Made by a program: the position numbers and the translations under genes. From NCBI RefSeq assembly GCF_009914755.1, contig NC_060937.1: a DNA stretch of 64,000 nt. The stretch is one strand, 5' to 3'. How positions within the stretch are numbered: position 1 is the stretch's first letter; each line of letters starts with the position of its first letter. Positions 54,905 to 64,000 of this stretch are shown in pieces. Source of the DNA: the human T2T-CHM13v2.0 reference genome, Homo sapiens. Below the pieces are notes generated by a model that saw only the letters and a program-made list of their open reading frames with translations, had not been told where the DNA came from and did not search any database.

Positions 54905-55450
54905 ATGCCACATCAAAGGCAACATGACAGACCCTTGAGGTGATGGAACTGTTTTGCATCTTGATTGTGGTGGTAGCTACATTAACCTATATATAACTAA
55001 AATTACACACACACATACACACACACAAACACTCACACGTGAAACAATTGGGGGAATCTGAATGAGGCTGAAGGATCATATCACTATCAATATCCTGGTT
55101 GTGACATTGTGCTATAGTTATGTGAGATATTACCATTGGGAGAAATAGGTAAAGGGTACATGGATCTCTGTATTATTTTTTAACAGTGGAATGAGAAGTT
55201 ACCATTATTTCAAAAATAAAAAGTTATGTTTAAAAAAGCTACATGGACACATATGAGGGAACAATACACACTGAGGCCTTTCAGAGCGTGGAGAGTGGGA
55301 GGAGAGAGACGATCAGGAAAACAACACTAATGGGTACTAGGCTTAATACCTGGGTGATGAAATAATCTGTGTAACAAATCCACATGACACACGTTTACGT
55401 ATGTAACAAACCCGCACTTGTACCCCTGAACTTAAAAGTAAAAAAAAAAG
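54905..55450 (+). mobile_element. Old L1M 3' end followed by a short L1PA/PB 3' fragment
   Basis: GGTGATGGAACTGTTTTGCATCTTGATTGTGG...; ATGGACACATATGAGGGAACAA...GAACTTAAAAGTAAAAAAAAAA. Confidence 0.8.
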
Positions 55451-57764
55451 CCACCTCCACCATTTGCTTTATTTCTGGGGTTTGTCACCAATGTGTAGCC
55501 TTTGAATAATCTCTGAATATTCAGAGTGCATATGGCACAGTCAGAAAGCTCAACTGTGTATCCTGAAACATCATTTATTGAGCAACTACACAAATGGATA
55601 ATTAGCATGATCAAAATGTACTGAACCACCTATAACGTGGAAACCTGACATTCCACCCCTTGTTCAGCTCACTGTTTTCAAGGATACACGATAGCATCTT
55701 AGGCAAACTCTATTCTCGACCTCTCCCATTCTTTAGATGCGTGCTATAGAGTTCTACTTGATTGGGTTCTGCGCTGACCAAAGTGTGCTTGCTTTGGAGA
55801 AATTTTATATTCACTTGTCTAATAGCTAATTCTTCAAGTTGGGAAATGAGGTCAGGTAAACATTTAGCCACAATCCTGAATTATAGCTATAGACACTGGG
55901 AGCTGTTTAGAATCTAGCCTGATTTAGAAGAGCAGTCTTTGAAAGCCCCAGAATGAAGTGACCCAGTTATTCTCATTTCTACTATGTCTTCAAATGCACC
56001 GTCTTCTGAATTGTCTCTGACCGTCAGAAATATGCTGGAGATGAACTGTGTAAGGGTACCAACCCTGTTTTGTTCATAAAGCATTTCTCCCAGCAATCCA
56101 TCCAGCTGAACCTTGTAATTACATCCAGAGCCCGCTCACCATGGCGACAGCGGCCACTCTATCGAATATTAAATCTATTGATCTTGAGCACAGAGTCCAT
56201 CTCAGTTTTCAAATGGTCCGTGCAGTCTCTTTCCCCAGGGCTGAAGTATATCTGAGCTTCTTATGGGTTTCCAAAGGCTCATCTTATCTCTTGGCACAAT
56301 ATGTTCTTTTGACTTGCTCGTGATTTTGTTATTTCATGTGGACAGATGCAGACCAGAGGAAAGAAAAAGAGAAAGGAGTCCAAGGAAAGTATAGTTCTTG
56401 CTTTTCAAGATCAACTTTTCCTATGCTCCGTTGCTCTCATACCCAGGTCATTTCCTGAACTCCTCGACCTCTTAGTGTGAGAGCCAACTCTTTTATTTCT
56501 CTCAGGCACTGCACCGTGCTGGGAAGAGGCACAGTGGGCTCCTGGAACAAAGACTGCCCTATTGAACGGAGCCACCTTTGAGCCTATAATGAAAAATGCC
56601 CACAAAGTTGATTAGTCGGCCTTGGGCTGCACTAGTCAGTTTGAAACATGGCAGAATTTAACTCTATGTTATATTATCAAACTGCATTCTAGTGTATGGA
56701 ATTCTATCATGGTATCACATTATATTATCACATCATAGAATAATATCATACTATGAAAATATAAATATTTGAGACATCATAGGAAAAAAACTTGATCTAA
56801 TAGTCAGAGTACCATGAACCAATTCCAGGCTTTCTTTAAAAAAAAAAACTGCGTAATTTTAAGGAGTACAAGTACGGTTTTGTTACATGCATATACTGCA
56901 TAGTGATAAAGTCTGGGCTTTTACTGTAACCATCACCTGGATAATGTACATTATACACATTAAGTAATTTCTCAGCCCTTACCCCCTCCTCCCCTCCCAG
57001 CCATCTAGGTTTCATTATTTAATTATTTGCTAGCTGTGTTGCTTAACTTTAACTCCTTCTTGGCCCACCTCTGCAAATAAAAATTAAGTATAATTATACT
57101 GATCTCAGAGGTGTCTTGATAGAATAAAACAGGATGTTTAGCTGAAGCATACTACTCTTGAGAAAGTAAAAGGAAAAATAATTATCTACTAGAAATTATT
57201 AACACTCAAGTGCAGTTTTAGAAGAAACAGACAAAATAACCTTAGTGTTTGTCAGAATGTTTGGTTCTGGAGACCAAAAGTCATAATCCCTTTTTAACCT
57301 TTAAATAGTCTGGAGTCACTGTGAGTTGCCTACCCCAGAGCTCCACCAGCCATCTTTTTCCTTCTAGTAGACACTGAGTCACACAATTGAGATTAAAGAT
57401 ATTATTTACTTGCTTTTCCATTCTCTCTTGCAACTAGTGATGGTCATATGATAACTGCTGGCCAATGAGACATACAGGTAGATTTTCTGGGTGACTGCCA
57501 TGGAGGACTTTTTCTCCCTTAAAAAAAAAAGCTTAAAAAAGACATTCAAGGAGAGTCTTCTCAACTGCCTGACTCTCTTCTTGTAATTGCATGTGGTAAA
57601 CCTGAGACTTCAGAAATCGCCTTTTGACCACAGAGTGATAAGCCCAAGGATAGAAGCTGCATGTTGAGGACAGAAGTGAAATGATGGAAAAAGCCGCGTA
57701 GACATAGCCACATGCCTGAACTACCCTAGAACCACTTTTTTCTAGATTTTAAGAAAATGAAACC

Positions 57765-58069
<305 letters not shown>

Positions 58070-58124
58070 TCATTATTTCAGCCACTTTCTGTAGTATCCT
58101 GTTTTCTTGCATCTGAAAGCATCC

Positions 58125-59698
<1,574 letters not shown>

Positions 59699-59727
59699 TC
59701 ATAACTGATATACAAAGAGTTTCTTCC

Positions 59728-59806
59728 ACTGGCATGCAAGTTCAGGGGGCACCATTACATACAACGTGAATGGTGCTTCTTGGAGTTTTATAACACAGTG
59801 GCCTTG
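59728..59806. mobile_element. MER91-like palindromic MITE
   Basis: CAGGGGGCACCATT...AATGGTGCTTCTTG inverted arms, ending GGCCTTG. Confidence 0.65.
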
Positions 59807-60240
59807 GTTTACTGAACTCTTACTCACCCTTCAAGACTTACCTCACATGGTGCCTCTTCTGGGAAGTCCTCCTAAACAGAGTAGTCACTCCTAGTTAACC
59901 ACAGTTTCCTGTAATTATATATTGTTATAAAGATTGTAATTTTATAATATATTGAATTGCAGTTAAATATCTATGACTATTTCTCAAGTGCGGAAGCCGA
60001 GTAGCCACAATGCTGCGTTACTCTATGGATGGATACAATGAATGATATTCCTGTATACAATAGATGCTCACAAACAGTTTCTGGAATAAAATAACTGTTA
60101 GTGACAATGAAAGTTTTGTATAGTAAAAATTATCCAGATCTCATATAGCAGATTCCTGGAAAATACTATTTTTCTCCATATGGATTTAGAAAAAAAGATC
60201 TGTGATGAAAACATTCATTGATAGCAAATATTTATTTTAA

Positions 60241-60544
<304 letters not shown>

Positions 60545-60896
60545 CTTTAAAGAAAATCTTAAATTTGTATTACAAGATCATACTTTCTTCATGCCAACTC
60601 TTACTTTTCCTGCATTTGTATCTGCAGCTGAAAGACGAGACTGGACTTAGCATGATAACCCAAAGCTTCATTGATCCAACACATCACTGAACAATGCAGT
60701 TATGTTCACTACACTATTCTTGGTAAGGCAAGAAATAATATACAGATATTTTGAGGAACATTTAGAAATCATAAGCGTTGAACCAACAGGGCTGGGCTAG
60801 TTTTTAACCTTTAGTAAGATTTTTTAGCTCCATAACTCCACAGGCTGGTTGATAATTAAAAAATTTGCCAATTGAAAATTTAGTAAACAAATACCC

Positions 60897-61432
60897 TTTT
60901 TAAAAATTTATTTTTAACATTCTCTTTATAGTTGACACATAATAATTGTACATGTTTAGAGGGTAGTGTGATGTGTAAATGCATGTATGCATTGTATAAT
61001 GATCAAATCAGGGTAGTTGGCATTTTTACCACCTCAAACCTTTATTACTTCTTTGTGCTAATGACTTTCAAAATCCTCTTTTCTAGCTATCTTGAAATAT
61101 GCACAAATTGTTATTAGCTATAATCACCATACTATGTAATAGAGCACCAGAAATTTTTCTTCCTTGCTGACTATAACTTTGCAACCATTGACCACCCTCT
61201 CCTCCTATCCCAGGCTTCCTCCAATCCCCAGCCTCTGGTAACCACTATTCTACTCTCTACTGCTATGACAGCAACCTTTTTAGATGCCACATATGAATGA
61301 AACCATGCAGTATTTGTCTGCCTGTGCCTGGTTTATTTAAAATGCAGTATATATACACAATATAATATTACTAAGCTATAAAGAAGGATAACATCCTGTC
61401 ATTTGTGTCAACATGGATGAAGCTGGAGAACA
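60897..61432. mobile_element. L1MA 3' end (antisense) with an inverted 5' piece
   Basis: Antisense 3'UTR at 60897-61340, then sense TATATACACAAT...ATCCTGTCATTTGTGTCAACATGGATGAAGCTGGAG. Confidence 0.75.
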
Positions 61433-62119
61433 AAGACATTTTGTTAGCCTACTATGGATTAGATTCTTTTTCTGAGTGCTAGGGATATACTGGTGGTCAA
61501 TAGGTTCAACGGTCCTGACTTCATGGACCCTATATATTTTATATATGTATCTGTTAGTACGTTGGTGATGATGGAGATAATGACTCTTTATGATCAGGAG
61601 CAGCCTTACGACCTCCTGTTAAAGTCTCCGAGGGTGTTGAGGTTCAGTATGTAAACTGTGTGGGGTGGGTAGGGTCCCAGCTTTGACTTGAGGCCTGCAT
61701 AACCCTTGGTAATGTGTCACCTCAATAGAACTATTGTGTAGCAAATGATGTTAATTTATGAGTTCAGTCATTTGGCCAGAGCCTACACCAATTTTCCATT
61801 TGTGCTGATGATCTAAATTTGGTTCCATCCATGCCCAGAAGCAATATCAGAGCTCATGTATGTGCCATTACTACCCTATATGGGTAGTTCTGCCTTATCT
61901 GATAATAGCAATGTTAATCTGACTTCATTAGACTAGAAGGGATTATATCCTAGATACCTCACAATGGTGATTTGGATGCCATCGTATTGACCCAGTGTGA
62001 TGAAATGAGCAATCGTATTGACCCAGTGTGATGAAATGAGCAAAATAATTGCCCTAAAATGGTTTAGCAGTTTCCCACCTCTCTTCGGAAAATCTATGAA
62101 TCTTTGGACCCTCATGTTT

Positions 62120-62380
62120 ATTTATCATTTACTATGTTTGTGTCAGGCATTGTCCTGAGCTTAATTACATCATCCCCTTTAAGCTTACTACAAACTCTTA
62201 AGATAGGTAATCTTATTGATGATGAAACTGAGATGGTTTCACCATCTTATTGATGATGAACATTGGCTCCAAGAGCTTAGGTTACTTGTCCAAGGTCACA
62301 CAGCTTGTAGGTGGGCCAGCTGAGATTCAAACTAGGCCAATGGGATTCCTTAATCCATTCCTATTCCTTTTATACCATGC
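62120..62380 (-). mobile_element. MIR
   Basis: TTACTATGTTTGTGTCAGGCATTG...ACTTGTCCAAGGTCACACAGCT. Confidence 0.75.
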
Positions 62381-62899
62381 TTTCTTCTAGATATATCAAT
62401 ATGTAAAATTAACCTAATTTTTAAAACATGCAAATGTCATAGCTAGGAGACAGAATATTATTGGGTATCAATCACATACCTCATGAAATAACATAAACTT
62501 TGTGTTACATATAATTTAATTCACTTACAAGGTGAAAAAGGTTATAATTTCCAATAATTTTTATCTTTTTAGTCCTTCTAGGTCATCACTACTTAAAATA
62601 ACTGAAGACTCCACCACGTTTAGTGGTTGTAAAAAATAAGAAACTAAGCATTTTTACAATCTTGCTTGCTAAGTCTAATATTAAATATACAACTAAGAGT
62701 GGCAATGGTATTTTTAAGCATTCATTATGCCCTCAAAATGCTGGCAGAAAATCATAGTAGGAATTCTAATAATAGAAGCAACTCTACCAACCTTGGTTTT
62801 AATGCATTCTTTTTATTCATATGCAAGGTTCCCTAAAGGTTTTATCTTGAGGTGTTAACAGGGAAATCTGTCACCAGTAGAGGACTAAATGAAGTCACA

Positions 62900-63240
62900 A
62901 GTCATATAACAAGCAGAGCAGACAAGTAACCTTCACATGGATGCTTAAGAAAATACTGGCAGAAACCCTGATACAATAAATTTGCAAATAACTTGAAGAC
63001 AAAAAGGTACTTAGTGGATAATGACTAATGTGTCCTACTTAAAATCAAATCCTTTTAAGCTAATCTAATATGGTAGATCAAGGAGAAATGATAGATGTAT
63101 TTTATCTTAATTGCATCAAATCTTGATTATCTGCATATTACACCCATCAATGAACAACAACAAAAAAAGTGACCTAAGCACACAGCCAACTGGATTATAA
63201 CAACTATATAATATCAAACATGTGGATGAAAATACCAGAT
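62900..63240 (+). mobile_element. CR1/L3 LINE reverse-transcriptase remnant
   Basis: Translation KSF*ANLI...MVDQGEMIDVFYLNCIK (63070-63120) resembles CR1 RT KSC.TNL...VDxGxxVDVIYLDFSKAFD. Confidence 0.65.
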
Positions 63241-64000
63241 GCTCTACTTCTACAATGTCAAATATATATGTATAGACACATAACACATATAATCACATAA
63301 ATACATCAAGAATATATATATATTTGCATCATATAAATGTGCTTAAAGTCCTATGTCCCATATATTAAGAATAAGAATAGTTGTGAAAACTTTCAGAGGA
63401 ATGCAAGGAAAATTAACGAGACATCAGAAAATAATTTCTAGGCACAGAAGTTAAATATAGCAGGACAATTCAACCAGGAAAAAAAACAGATTAGATATAA
63501 TTTAATAACATTATTCAACTGTCTCTACATAATACCAAAATAACCAAACAATTTGGTCAGATAACTATCCAAGCAAGTCAAATGAATATTTTAAAAATCC
63601 AATAACTCCATCATCATAACAGTTCATATGCTGTAAATGTATTGATTTAGCTTTGAGAGATAGCTGAGACATCTGAAATACAGAAATTTGCTGTTCCTTA
63701 GGGAGTGTTGCCTTGAATGAAGCAGGTAAGCTAAGCTTAACTAAGACAAAAATTAGAGGAAAGTTGAAGAAAGGATCCAAGAGAGAACATCAAAGGCAGA
63801 GCTCCAGGAGCCAGAATAAGGGATGTGGGTCCCTCATATGTTAATAGAAGGTTTCATCCAACTGAAACTGGAGGGCCTTAAGACTTAAAGAAAGGCAGCC
63901 TCAGCCTGAAAACATCTTATATCCTTTCTGCTCCAAATAAAACTGTAAGCATTCCAAAGCTGGGTATTGGTGCCGTCTCATTTCTGTTTCCCTACTTCAT

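Overview
Primate, almost certainly human, genomic DNA. Positions 1316-7773 hold the last five coding exons of RFC3 (replication factor C subunit 3; clamp-loader AAA+ subunit) on the + strand, with canonical GT-AG introns and a frame that stays continuous to the stop at 7771-7773. The 3'UTR follows, with three candidate polyA signals. The remaining ~55 kb has no credible protein-coding exon. It is a repeat mosaic of Alus, young and old L1s, L2/MIR/CR1, MaLR/ERV1/ERVL LTRs and Tigger/MER DNA transposons. From recall, it lies in the long final intron of RFC3's alternative-last-exon isoform. Notable small items: a polyA-tailed U5 snRNA pseudogene, a tailless 35-nt U2 retrocopy with a perfect 12-bp TSD, a probable Ty3/gypsy fossil with PNMA-like gag motifs, 5'-inverted (twin-primed) L1s, an isolated 37-bp copy of a nearby LTR, and several recent micro-duplications. 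I found no convincing new biological system. Repeat subfamily names were assigned by eye from remembered consensus sequences and many repeat boundaries are approximate.
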